A stretch of 248,000 nt of DNA, taken from Wallemia ichthyophaga EXF-994. Taxonomy: Eukaryota; Fungi; Basidiomycota. This document shows, in pieces, positions 12,145-25,891 of the stretch (its first letter is position 1; every line of letters starts with the position of its first letter). Location of the stretch: the NCBI RefSeq assembly GCF_000400465.1, contig NW_008806282.1, positions 20,001 to 268,000 on the forward strand, given 5' to 3'. Below the pieces are notes generated by a model that saw nothing but the letters and a program-made list of their open reading frames with translations, was not told where the DNA came from and made no database searches. The translations under genes were made by a program, and so were the position numbers.

Positions 12145-14145
12145 ATGGCATTATCTTTGAAGGAGATCGTTGCTGAAAAAACGAGTCTTGCCAAAGAAGC
12201 CATGGAGGCTAATCAAACGCTGGGCGATAAGCCAGCTTCGGCAAACTTGGAGAGATCTACGCTGTAAACAGACTCATCTCGGGAAGGCTCTGGAGATACG
12301 ATGCCACCGCCTGATAAAAGTTTATTATCTCTTCTTCAGCAGCAAAAACAAGTGATGGCATCCAATAGCAATAAATACGATGCTAATAGTATGACCGGGA
12401 CATCTATTCATCCCCGCTCTAGATTTTATAACAACTATAGGCAGTAATTGCAGGGCTACAACCAGTCGAATAACATTTATCAATCGACAGAAGAAAGTCA
12501 ATTTGACGCATACATTCAGCAGTTGCCATGTTTCGTAGCACCAGAGAATTATGTTAAGGCGAAATGGGAACAGACCCTGTCTATATCAAAAATTTGCGCA
12601 CTTTATTTATTGAAGAAATCAGCTAAAAGTTTGCACAATCTTCCAGCCCAGAAATGAGAGAGACGGAAGTCAACAGTGATTTCACCGCTCCGGCAACTAG
12701 CACCGCGAGACCAAGTCTTATATACCAGAGTCCAAATTACTATACACTGTGGAAGACAACTACTCAAGCTCTTTGTGGACAGCTTGACATGAAGTCAAGT
12801 GTTGAAGAATTGCTGCAGGGCGTGAACCTCAAACCATCGGCCTCTGAGGAGGTATACTTTACCCAGATTGAAGGTGATATGTGTAATGACAAGGACAATA
12901 AGATGAGCACAGACGAGATGACTAAGTCTGAAATTGTTCCTGACGCGGAAGCGCAAGATGAAGACAAACAAATGGAAAAAATTAAAGTTGACTCAGGTGA
13001 AAATCAAGCTGCAAAGAAGAACCAAATGATAGTAGCGACTCTGAGAAAACATTAAGGGACAATAAACACTTTTAAGACCAGTCAAGTGAGGATGTGAAGC
13101 CTGACGTGAAGCCTTGCAGTACAGAACTCGAACAAGAACACAGCAAAGAAGCAGAAAACATACTGAGATCACTACGCATTCTTATTTTTACTCAACATCC
13201 ACCTAACGAGAAGACAACAATGAAATGCTTTGGAAATTTTGAGAACTGGTCCGTTTCTTTAACCACTCAACAACTTATTTAACATTAGAACAGTATCGCA
13301 ATCAACAGCTTTTCTAAAAATAAAGAGATATTCCACATTACTAACGCGCTGGTAATTATGGGAACATTAGCTGATATTTATGGATCATTTGGTCAGATTG
13401 GCATTAGCTTGCTCACTACAGTTGTATTTGATGACGTGAGTCTTATTTGAGCAAGCACCGGATTTACTGACAAAACCAGCTCGTCAATAATGACGAATGG
13501 CAAGAAACACTCTCAGCTGTCGCACGCAGAATAGAAGAAAAATAATCAACCTCAATACAAGTTATTGTTTGCTCTAGCTTTTTTTTTTCACTCGAATTGG
13601 TACAAGATATGGTTTCGGAAGTACCATTAACGGTACTTGGATAAATCAAACCAATGGTCCTTAGAGGTGTTGACGATTTTCTTTTCGAAAGACACTTAGC
13701 TCCTGACGATAATATTGAAAAAGACTTGGCGGAATTATCTGAAACATCACCATTCATAGTGTACTGCGCTTTTGACAAGCACGCTGAGAAACAATATGAA
13801 AAAATCAAGCCATTGCAGAGTTCATCCTGCCTGGTGAAAAAGCACATACTGGAAGATACTCAGCTTATTGAGGAGTTTAATCGTGGCGAGAAGAAGATAC
13901 TGATAACTACGTCGATAATGTCAAGATCCAAGGCAGTGGAAGAATCACCGCTAGTCATCGTTCAATCGGCTCCGCATAACCTGGAACAGTATTCGAATAT
14001 CGTTGGGAGGCCAATATTCTCTAATCACAAAGTCAAATGCATCATAGTTTCTAGTTCAGAAAAGGAGACAAACATTATAAAGACTTACAGGCAGAATTTT
14101 CAACTATTACTGAGCATTCCGAATGATTGCAAGTATCTTTACTAA
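12145..14145 (+). pseudogene. Degenerate DEAD-box helicase-like gene (pseudo-helicase or pseudogene)
   Basis: C-terminal HelicaseC-like IEEFNRGEKKILITTSIMSR...LEQYSNIVGR; degenerate VIMGTLA and VVFDD motifs; fragmented frames. Confidence 0.4.
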
Positions 14146-14272
14146 GTCACCATCTCTCGATAACACTCAATATTATGAAATTATATCACTATTCACCTCT
14201 GACTAGTCACGCAAATTGTAATTGCAGGAGCATACTTATGAAGTTCATGAATGTCAAAGAAAATTATCAAAT

Positions 14273-15464
14273 TTATTCAGCCTTGACTTTAATGGCTGCT
14301 GTTGGAGAGAAGTTGTGTGGGCGAGCAGAGAAACCAATCTCGAGAGAACGGCCACCATAGATGTAACCGTTGAACTTTTCGATTGCCACACTAGCGGCGG
14401 CAGTTGAGTAGAATTCAACGAGACCAACACCACGACTACGTTGAGTGCGAACATCCATCAAGATCTCAGCCGTCTTGACGTCACCAGTAGTTTCAAACAA
14501 GTCGACTAAATCTTCGTTTGTTGTTGAGTATGGCAAGTTTTTGGTAACAATTTGAGGGTTTGGAGCGGCAGCAGCAGGTACAGGACCAGGACCAGCAGGT
14601 GCTCTTCTGGCAGCTTGATATGGAGTTCTTGCTGGTCTTGGTGAGTTTGCAAACTTGTCCTCACGGACTTCTATTGGTCTACCGTAGAATTCGTAGTTGT
14701 GGTACAACTCGATTGCGTTTTGTGCGTCTTCTCTTGAAGAGAAAGAAACGATACCGTTACCCTTTGACTTTCCATCAGGGAAGAATTGAACATCGGCTCT
14801 AACTACGTGACCAGCTTGTCTGAAGAGGTCTTTGAGGTCTTGCCAGCCAACTTGGAAAGGCAACTGGAAAGGTGTGAGGGGAGATTCAGGGGAGGAAAAG
14901 CCGGAGCTAAAGCCATAAGACTCACGTTACCGATGAACAATTGAGTACCTGGAGCTGCAACTTGGGCAGGACCAGCACCATAAGCACCACGGGTGAATTG
15001 CTGGGTACGTGAAGGGGTTGGGTTAGCACCGAATCTAGCCTCTTGTTCTCTGTCCTATAAGGTGTGAGGCTAACTGAGGTATATTCACGTGTGGCTTACC
15101 TCTCTAACGAAGACTGGTCTACCAAGAAGATCTCTGTCTGAGTAAGACTCGATTGCGATTTGAGCTGATTCTGGGGAAGTGAATTCAACGATACTGAGAA
15201 TTGTGAGCGAGGGTGAGAGCGGATAAAGACTCAAAACTCACCCGCAACCCTTTGAAAGACCATTTGGAGTGATCAGTACCTCAGCGTATGCTACTTCAAG
15301 GGATTCTATGGGGTTTGTGAGCACGCAGTCCATCCAACAGCCAGCACCAACGACTCACGTCCCTCTGCGTTGTCTTCAAAGAACGCCTTCAAGTCCTCGT
15401 CCTTGACATCGTAGCTGAGATTTCCAACGTAGACTCTGTTCTCCCTCTTTGAGAATTCTGCCAT
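14273..15464 (-). CDS. Three-RRM SR-like mRNA-binding protein Gbp2/Hrb1
   Basis: RVYVGNLSYDV, QLPFQVGWQDLKDLFRQAG, RGVGLVEF. Confidence 0.85.
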
Positions 15465-15646
15465 CACACCTAAAATTTCGAAGTTGTGGTCAGAGAGGAT
15501 AGCAGCGCGAATTATGATTTATAAAAAAATAAGTTTAGAAGGGATGTTTTAGTGGCGTGATTAGATGCTCTAGCGGGGCTGTAGATTCATATTCCATTTG
15601 GACCTGTTCCCCAGGCTTAACTCATCTCCCCAACCACCAACAACAA

Positions 15647-16821
15647 ATGTTGTACGCTGAGCGAGATGACTTTAAAGATTTAATTCCAATTCCCCAAGAT
15701 GAAGGCCCTTCTCCATTGGCTCCGATTAACTATTCCCAGAAGTGTAACCCTCGTGCGTTCCGTCGTTGTCATACCGCTCACGATTTCTTCAGATAGAGAT
15801 GCGATGGATATGTTTCGAGCGGTTGTCGACATCAACGAGAAGTCTGAGAGAGCCCTCGGCCTGACGGAAGATATCATTCGCATGAACGCTGGCCACTACA
15901 CAGTCTGGTCGGTACTCTTCTTTGTTATCTGTGCGAGACTGAACAACGTTTCATAGGCATTACAGGACAACTATCTTAGTAGAATTAGGCTTGGATCTTC
16001 AATCTGAGCTCAAGTTGATGGACGAGCTGTCTACAGAGTTCCTCAAATCATACCAAGTCTGGCACCACAGGAGGCTCTGTGTTGGTTTGCTCGCAACTAC
16101 CACCTCCCCATTCGCCGACAAAAACTGTCCAGCTGCAGTTACAATCTCATCCACCCCACAAACCTCCTCACCACCCCCACCCTTACCGTCTTCTATCGAT
16201 CTGGCTAGATATGAGCTACAATTTATTGCTAACCTATTTCACGCTACCGAAGATCCCAAAAATTATCATACATGGGTTTACAGGCAGTGGATATTGACGT
16301 ACTTTGATAAGCTATTTCAAGACCAAGATCGTCATCATGAATTGGAATTCATTGAGTCACTCATAAACGACGACATCTACAACAACTCAGTCTGGTCGCA
16401 TCGTTTCTTCTGTCTCTTCAAGCTGGGTTGGTTGCACACCTCACTAGAAGCTGAAATCGAGTGAGCAGACAGACATCAAAGCTTTTTTAATTACTCACCA
16501 AACAACTCCAGGTATGTTTTGATCAAGATCGGTATAGCGCCAAGCAACATGTCGAGCTGGAATTATCTCCGCGGCATTCTCAAGGTGAACAGAAAAGGGT
16601 TGAACCAACAACGTGTATTGCAATTCTCGGAAACGCTCGTCAAAGCGAAAAGCGCGTCGGACGACATGAATCCTCCATTACCTGCTTTAGAGTGGCTGGC
16701 AGATGCTGCACTGGAAGACAAAAACCCTATTGCCACAAAACACTACCTAACCTTGAAAGATTTGGACCCCATTCGCAGACACTACTGGACTTGGAAATCC
16801 CATCTAGCTTTGTCTGCCTAG
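15647..16821 (+). CDS. RAM2: Farnesyl/geranylgeranyltransferase-I alpha subunit
   Basis: IPIPQDEGPSPLAPINY, PPTA repeats KSYQVWHHR, KNYHTWVYRQW, NNSVWSHR, SSWNYLRG. Confidence 0.9.
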
Positions 16822-17009
16822 ACTGACACATACCCTTTAAATGTATATTCATCTGTATATTCTTTAAATGGAGCTTGCGCATCATCCTAAAACGACAAAT
16901 TATCGAGACACAAACTTCAGACATACTATTACTGAAAACAATTCAAATTACATAGGATTTTAAAAAACCTAAAGAATAACGAAATATCTAATGATAAAAG
17001 CAAAGACAC

Positions 17010-19272
17010 CTATTTATTTTGACGACAATTTCCCAAAGTAAAGACATCTAACGTTATCCCTCGGGTCATCCTCTTCAAACTCGTCAATGATTCCAAGATT
17101 GGCGTGAAGATAATGTATATTGCCCCAACCATCAACCATGCTAGGCCGATACTTACCCAAGCCTTAAATCCCGCTCTTGGCAAGATGTAGCCTGTGCCAT
17201 AGAGTGCGAAAGTTACTGTGAATATCATAACTGTAACCCAGAGAAGCGAAGAAAACGCAGCCAGCTTTATCGATCGTGTCAAATATTCAATGTCAGCTGA
17301 ACTGAGATTCCCTTGACTAGTATTGTGTGAGTCTAGATCGCTAAGCTCAGGTGTGGCTTCCTCTACATCCTTGAAGGATTTCTCATCTGCTTGAAGAGTT
17401 TCGACGACAACTTCTTGTTCTGGGGGTGCAACATGTGCTTCTGACTCTTTCACTGCCTTCCTGCCAGTGTCTTTAGTCTTTTCAAAGTCATGATTATCAG
17501 GGGAAATCAGGGATCCAACGACTGAAATAATTATAGAAAGCCCGAATGATACTGTGTTCCCTGCAAGCATCGGGAAGTCCTCTATCGATAATTTTGTTAG
17601 CCGTCTTTAATCAAATTACGCAGCGACGTACGTCCGGTTGTTGTCTTATCGACAACGCCATTATTTAGCTTATATGCCGTGACTATCCATGCAATAATAC
17701 CGAGAGGAAGTGAGATGAGAGTTGCACCTATGCAAGCAACTTTATTGGCTTTACTCCACATAATGCAGCAAATCAAAGGAGCAACGGCAGGACATAGAAT
17801 AATGCCCATCAGCTCATACAGCCACCCCATTCCGATACCGATATAGTAAAATATAATTCCAAGCACGGCCTGGCAGATACCAAAACCAGCAACGCTAGCG
17901 TGTGAGACGAATAATGTCTGCTTATCAGTTGCGTTCGGCTTTACTCTATTGAAGACATCGTAAGTTACAAGTGTCGAGACTGCGACTAGCTCAGCGGAGG
18001 CTGCGGCAAAGAAGGTGAGATGAAGGCAGCTTTGTGAATATTTTCACTCACATGCCGCTGTGGATGCAAGGAAGAGCATGATTAATACTGCATTCGCACC
18101 CGAATTTCCCATCAATGCTGATGCAGCTGCTGATGCAGGTAGGCCAGCAGTCACTTCTGCCGATGACAAAGAAGAAATCGCATCCGAGTTCTTGAGTGCC
18201 GCGCCAGCTAAACCGAGACATGTTGCCAAAGCAAATGGAATGGGATACCAACACATACTGCCTATAACAAATGATTTCGTGATTGAACGCGGTTGTGATG
18301 CCACTGCTCTGTTGACATATGCTTGATCTAAGTACACTGTGCCGAAGTTACCGCATAGGTTGATGAAAAAAAACGTGATGCCTCCTAATGAGCGAAACGT
18401 CAGGTACGAACCATCCGCATTACCTTCGACAGGATGACGTGAAGCCTGATCGACCAGCATATCGTAAAGACGATCAAGCGAGCCAACTTCAGGAGCTGAT
18501 GTGTAGGTGTAGAAGCAAAAGCCTATAATGACGCCGTAGAGGACGATGGTGTGTAGGTAATCTGCAATAAGTGATGCCTTTAGACCCCCAATCATGATGT
18601 AGATAGAAACACTCAGTGGTGTAAGCCATACTGCCGCCATGACAGGAACATTTGTGAGACTATGGAGAGTATCGGAAATACCGACAATAAGCATCGCACT
18701 GACTATCAAATTGCAGGAAAGCGCGAAGCTGAGAAACACATAGTGGCCTATCTTGCCCCATCGTGCACCTGCTATTTCGACGAAACTATGCGCGTAAGGC
18801 CATCGTATTCTCATACTACTTGCCAAGACTGAGAAGACTAAAATTTGCAAGCAGGCACCTAAGCAAACTGTTTAAGTGGGTTCTTGCGTATATGCCAGCA
18901 TTTCTCACCAGTTGCGTAGCTGTAAGAGCCTAGCAATCCGTAGGAGTAAGTTTTAGAAGTTGACGTACTATGCTTTGTTTAATGACTGAGGACACTATTC
19001 GAATGGAAACTCACAGCAAAGTAGCACTCCAGCACCATGCAGAGACAACTCCGCTTGAGATTAAACCGGTAGGCACAGATCTACTGGCAGAGTTGAACTC
19101 TTCAGCCGTTTGGACCTTGTTCCCATAGCGCCTCTGTAATGCGTTTATAATAAGCATCAACGCACTAAATCCTGCAAGGCGTCAGGATAAGACGTAGATA
19201 TAAGTCATACTTACCAAAGCCTAGAATTAGCAAGACACAATAGCCATTGAGTTGTGGTAATGGCGGCTCCAT
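17010..19272 (-). CDS. DUR3: Urea active transporter (sodium:solute symporter family)
   Basis: GGLKASLIADYLHT, NFGTVYLDQAY, GMGWLY; many TM helices; SAEEFNSASRSV exon. Confidence 0.85.
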
Positions 19273-19899
19273 GTTTGATCAGTTGGGAGTATATTCGCAA
19301 CAGTGTAAGATTGCACTAGCATTCTCGTCCCAAATCTTTATCGACATTATCGTATTATCTTATCACCATGAAGCCTTATCTCGGAAGGTGCGTAGCCGAA
19401 GATAAGTGTATAATTTCAGATTGGCTTTTGATTTAGATATGGATATTGCGTTTGAGACTTAATTTATTTTGCATATCTAATCTAATGTTTCAAACGAAAT
19501 TAAGCTGTGATTTAGAATGAGAAGGAATAGTGAGTAGTTTAGTGTCGAAATTGTAAAGAGAATAGGAAATAATGAAATACAGACGCTCAAATGTACCCAC
19601 ACATCTCGCATGTCTAACCTTTCAATTCGATAAGAAAGCGATATATGAAATATAAAACGCAGACAAGTGATTTATGTTGATGTTAACACCCTGCTAGCAC
19701 CTGATTTTGTATTTCACCGGGAACGACAATAGCGTCGATGCATGCTTGTATTCTAGCATTCGGCTAGCATTCGGCCGTAATTAACGTCTACTGCTTGCTT
19801 AGTTCCTTATTCTCAGCTGCATAGACAGACTTCATTAAAATTTGGACACCTTCCTCCATCCAAGTATCTGGTTCTCGTTAACTTCGAGGTTTATTTAAG

Positions 19900-21405
19900 A
19901 TGAGTAGCCATAAGGAGAAGGGCAATCAGTTATTTAAAGGTAAGCTTTCTTAATTCCCAAAATATCGCTCACGATTCATAGATAAGGATTTTGTGAAGGC
20001 GATAGAGGAATGGTTGTTGGTAGAACCGCCAACCGAGCAGGTCTACAACAACATCGCTACAGCCAAGTTTAAGCTCGAGGAATTTGGGCTTGCCGAAGAA
20101 TTCAGCACAAAGGCTTTATCGCTCAACAGCAAGTTCGTCAAGGCTCTTTATCGCAGAGCTATGGCACACGTAGCCGTATTACACTTCAAGCCTGCTATTG
20201 CTGATCTCAAGGCTGTAATCGCCATTGAGCCTTCAAACAAGGTCGCCAGCCATCACCTAGCTGAGATTTCCAAGATCCATCGCAAAATACAATTCGAACA
20301 GGCCATCGCTACTGAAGACGAGAAGAAAGCCTCAGATACAATTAGAGAGATGATTGACAACGGCGGCTTGGAGATTCCTTCAGATTACGATGGCCCTACC
20401 CTCGACTCCTCCAATCTCATCGATTCACTCATTGAGCACTTCAAGAGTGGTAAAACGTTGCACAAGCGTGTTCTTTTTGAGTTGGTGCTCAAGACAATGG
20501 ATATATTCAGCCAAGAGGAGTCTCTGGTAGATGTCTCCATCCCAGAAGGCGTCAACATGAACGTTATCGGTGACACACACGGCCAGTTCTTCGATTTGAT
20601 TCATCTCCTCGGATTGACGGGCAAGCCATCTGAAACAAATTACTTGCTTTTCAACGGAGACTTTGTTGACAGGGGCAGCTGGTCTACAGAAGTCATCATT
20701 CTGCTCCTTGCGATGAAATACCTGAATCCAAAGTCCGTTTACTTGAACCGTGGAAACCATGAGACACGTCAAATGACACAGGTGTACGGATTTGAAGGAG
20801 AATGCAAACACAAGTACCCTACTGACCTCACTTACAAATCTTTTGCTCAACTCTTCACATATCTGCCGATTGCCCATCTTATCTCATCAACCAAGAAACC
20901 AGAGACAACGTTAAGTAAATCTGACATACTCACGAAGGATGGTTTCAAGAGATTCTTTGTCGTTCATGGTGGTTTATTTTCCAAGGACGATGTGACGCTT
21001 GAAGATATCCGCAAAATCAAACGCAATAGAGAACCAGGCCAGGAAGGTTTAATGTGCGAAGCGCTGTGGACAGACCCACAAGAGGCCGACGGACGGGGGC
21101 CATCTAAGCGAGGAGTGGGCGTAGGATTTGGTGGTGATGTAACAAAGCGTTGGTGTGAGTTGAACGAGGTTTGTGCTGTCATTCGCTCCCACGAGGTTAG
21201 ACAAGATGGATACTCATGTGAGCATGACGGCAGACTAGCGACAGTGTTCAGTGCACCAAACTACTGCGATACAAGTGGGAACAAGGGAGCGTGGATGAAA
21301 ATCGACGCATCTGGAGATATCAAGACTACACAATTTGCTGCAGTTGAGCATCCACCTATCAAGCCAATGGCTTACTCGAGCGGGATGGCCAGTATGATGG
21401 GATGA
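19900..21405 (+). CDS. PPT1: Ser/Thr protein phosphatase 5 (TPR + PPP)
   Basis: TPRs, GDTHGQ, GDFVDRG, RGNHE, FSAPNYC. Confidence 0.95.
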
Positions 21406-21677
21406 AGTTGGAGTAGGACAAAATACATTCTTGAGAAAGCTGCATGTTTAAAAATTAATAATTTGTGATTTATAAAAGATAGATAAAATGCATTTAACCG
21501 TAGCTTTACAGTGGGATTAGCATAACAAGACATCGGAATCAATCTGAAACGATTTGAAACAGTATGTCACTGTGTCACCGCCCTTAACATGAATCTTATG
21601 TACTCGTCTCCTATCATTCCTAAGCGTGCCAGTCTCTGTTCACGAGTAACTATCACTACCAAAACTCAAAGCACGAA

Positions 21678-24600
21678 ATGAGGGCGTACTTGGCGCCAAT
21701 AATATACCTTGCAATTATACCAATAATAAGAGCATTTCCGAAGATAGATTATGACTCCCTGGGAACTGCATCGATTTTTGGCTCATTTGCTGCAATCGAC
21801 GACATTTCAAACTCTTTCAAATCTGCACAAAGCTATGATAATAACTCTTACACCCTTTTGTCCCGGCCCAGCAATGCTTCCGAGTGGTCTTCTCTCGGCT
21901 CTACCAACGAGTACGCGCATATCAACTCAGCGTGTACGATCAATGACTTGACATTCGTCGGTGGTGATTTTGATTCAATAAATGGTCAGCAGTTCACAAA
22001 ATTCGCGGTTTACTCACCTCATAATGGCTGGAAACCTTTGGGTAGCGTGCAGGGCGTGATCAATGCACTTTACTGCGATGCTTCAAATTCACAAGTTTGG
22101 GTTGGTGGTGCATTCGACGCAGTGGATGATAATATGGGGGCGAATATAGTCGTTTGGAATGTACGCGAAGAGCATTGGCAACCCTCTGCTGTGTATGGTT
22201 TGAATGGCGCCGTGAATGCCTTTTCGGTCTCGGATGATCAACTGTTTATCACGGGTAATTTCACATCCACATTCAATCAACCAGATGTCAAGCAATATCC
22301 AGAAGCATTGGATAGAATAGTTAATGCACTCCAACCAGTACCTTTCGATGACGCTGACGTTACTGGTTCAAAGGGTTCAGATAACCCAGCATACGCCGAT
22401 ATCAAGAATCTCGCGTGTGTTGGCGGTAATTCTTTTGACACCCCTGATGGAACGAGTGGTGTCATGTACATAGAGTGGTTCGATTCACACAATGTGGCCG
22501 GATTCCGTATCGCGAATACAGTTGACGAGGGTCATGCATTGACTGGCTTTGTGTGAGTTATGCTGCATCTATAATTACCAATTCCTGACGAGAAATAAAG
22601 CATAACCACCATACCAGAAAAGCAAGTCATTCCATTAACTTACAATCCTGTTCACGCACCTGGAACGAACATGACTTGCGAAAATGAATGCCCGATAGCT
22701 CTCTCAGATGAGAGAGAATTCAACGACTATATCATACCTGGTGGCTCGCGCAGACTTGGCGGGTTCGCTATCAACATGATAGACTGGACCGGTGCTGGTC
22801 CAGGCTTGCGCTCGGTTGAAGTACTTGGGGCTGGCAGCGATGCCTACGCCATTAGTGAATTCAATGAGTTGCAAGAGGGCTGCTACTCTAATGGAAATTC
22901 CTCCAACGTTACAACTGTCGGTAATTGGAATTCTGTCAATCCATCTTCAGAATCGTCAAACAAGGTTCTTTCAGCGTCGATTCAAGACGTCGATCAAATT
23001 CCTTCTCTTACATTCAGACCGTACGTCGGCGAGCGTGGTCTCTACGAAATATACATATCAATTCCAGGTTGCGCTGGTCTCGATGATTGTGAAAGTAGAA
23101 GCGCCGTTGATGTCGGAATGCAGTTGACTGAAAGAGGTCATTATATCAATGACACAATCACTGAGATCGATAACAGTGACTTTTCCTGGCCGATCTTCAG
23201 GGGAATGGTCGACGGTTCATCAAACACCTTCGCGCCCAACATTACCATTAAACCAATAATGGCCGAAGAGGGCAAGACTATTGCTGTGCAGAAGGTATCA
23301 TTGCATCTGCTCGAGATCCTTCCAAATGAGATGGCGATCGGAGGTCTGGCGTACAACTTAACCTCAGGGAACACTTTGGATGCTAGTGCTGATCGCGAAA
23401 TTTCAGATCAGAACTATCTAGATAGAGCTCTGGTTTCTTTGTCAGACGCTATCGGTATTCAATTCAAAGAGGGTGAACAAGATCTTAACTATATCAAGGC
23501 AATCGCTAGCACAGATTCGAATATATTCATTGGAGGTAATTTCGTCGGTTTTAATGATACAATGAACAACATTACAAACATTGCCCATTTCAACGACAGG
23601 TTGCACTCTCTCCCGGGCGGCGGAGTCAACGGCAATGTCAACAAGTTAACCGTCGTAGATGATCAAGTGTATATTGCAGGTAACTTTACGCAAGCTGGCT
23701 CAACTCAATGTCAAAACATTGTTATGTACGACCATCGCCATAAGAGATTTGAGAAACTTGGTCAGGGTGTCGATGGTGAGGTTTATGATATGACCTACTC
23801 CCCAGACTCAAACAGGCTGTACCTAGCTGGCAATTTCACGAACGCTCTCATAGACGAGAGTGCCAGTGTAACAGTAGGAGGGCTAGTTTCATGGGATCTG
23901 AAAGACAAGTCATGGAGAAATGACAACGGCGTTGTGTTTTCAGAGCTGGTTAAAGGAGTTGCAGTTCATGACAAAGATTTACTGGTGTATGGTACAGTGG
24001 ACAGAGTAGCGAAATTTTCTGCCAATGGTGCAGCTAAAATATCCTCGAATGGGTTGAGTAGTGTAAGTGCTACCAATTCACTCGGAAGCACAAAAACATC
24101 GTCGAGCAAGTCGTCAAGAAAGCGAGCAGCTCCTCATTTGCCTTCAGCCTCATCTGTTGCGCCCGCAATTAATGCGGGTAGCTACTACGAGAATTCTACG
24201 AGTTTATACACAATCTTGGGCGGTAATTTCACTTTCAATGATGGTCATTCGGGTGCGGTTGCTTTAATTGACCAAGACAGCAATATGCATGCATTAGGTG
24301 ATGGTGGTGTTTCTGGTGATGTTCGTGCTATGATGGTTGTTGGTAATAAGTTATTCCTAGGTGGGCAGCTCAGAGCTGGCAACTCTACCGACGTGGCCAT
24401 ATATGACCTGAAGAAAGGTGCCTTCGTCGACGTTGGAAATGGCTTGGAAGGTACAACATCTAGTTTCGCTTACAATCAAATCTATAATAGTGCCATTGTT
24501 TCAGGTGACTTCAATGCTGTGTCTGGAAATCAAGACTGCTCGAATATCTGTCAATGGGATATAGGTGATGGTCATTGGAACAGCCTTGGAAAAGGCGTGA

Positions 24601-25836
24601 GAGGGTTTATTTCTGACGTAGACGTTGCTGGTGTGAGTGTTAAGTGTCGTGCATTGTAATTACGACTAACACAACTCCTAGGATGACGACCAATACGCCG
24701 TCGCAGTTGGCGAGTTTGCAATTGACAAGGAAGGCGACCTTATCTACATTGCAACATACGACTACGAGGACAAAAACTGGTCGAGATTGGGCGATGGTAA
24801 TTTACCTGGCATACCCACAACAGTCAAAACCGATGACAGGAATATTGACAACGTCTTTATTGCTGGCAGGCGCACAGACAGCAATCAGACGTACATCTAC
24901 AACTACGACGGTGATACTTTTAGTGATATCTCTAATGATATGTTTCAAGGGACTGGCAGAATACATGGGTTGGAATTCCTCCCAGTGCAGGAGGTGGATG
25001 AACAGGAGCAGAAGGAGCGTGAAGAAACGATAATGGAGAATGACAGAATATTATATGTGACTGGTGACATTGACTTGCGCGGCGTTGGTCGTGTGTCATC
25101 AGTGATGTATGATGGATTGAATTGGCATCCTCATCTCCAAACATTCGGCTCAGATGGTAGTGCAGGATCTCTAGCATCTATTATGTCCTCCTCTGACTTT
25201 TCATTTTCTTCAAGAGGTGAGTAGACAAGAGGTTAATTGGACTACTTACCTAACTAGAATACAGACTTGCTGGCACTCGGTATAATTATCCTCATTTCTA
25301 TTGCGTTGGGATTGGGTGTTGTCTTATTGATAGCACTGATTGCGATACTGATATCTTTGTGGGAACGTCGTGGAGAATCACGTCCAATTCTGTTGGAGAA
25401 TGACGAGAAAGATGAGCAGGTACGGCCATCGTCGTTGCTGGCGAATATAAACCAAGCTACTACCAACATAGCTCGAGGCTCGACGACGAACGCACAAACA
25501 CTTGCACCAACGCCAATTATTAAGCTCAACGATCAAGACACAGGGAAAGGAAAGACAGAAGAGGTGGGTGAGATGGATGACAGTTTCAATAGGTCATATT
25601 CCACGGGTGCATCGACGTCAGATAATCCGCCTCAAATATCTCCAGCCGATCTCAATAATGGTGTAGGGTATAGGTGTTATTCGAGGTATGACTTTGCTGG
25701 TGATCGCCAGGGTGAAATACCTTTGATTGTCGGTCAGCAAGTGCAGGTTCTCAATGATAGCGATCAGGACTGGTTCTTTGTTCGCGACCCTGCATCTACT
25801 CATGAAGGTGTCGTGCCCTCTTCGTATCTTTTCTAG
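21678..25836 (+). CDS. RAX2: Cell-polarity cortical marker Rax2 (beta-propeller ectodomain, TM, SH3)
   Basis: Signal peptide, repeated GGNFT/GVNG blades, single TM, C-terminal SH3 (YDFAGDRQGEI...EGVVPSSYL). Confidence 0.8.
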
Positions 25837-25891
25837 TTATGGTAGTTATTAGCAGTTGAATTATTTATTATTCCTTATTGTACATAGCAAT

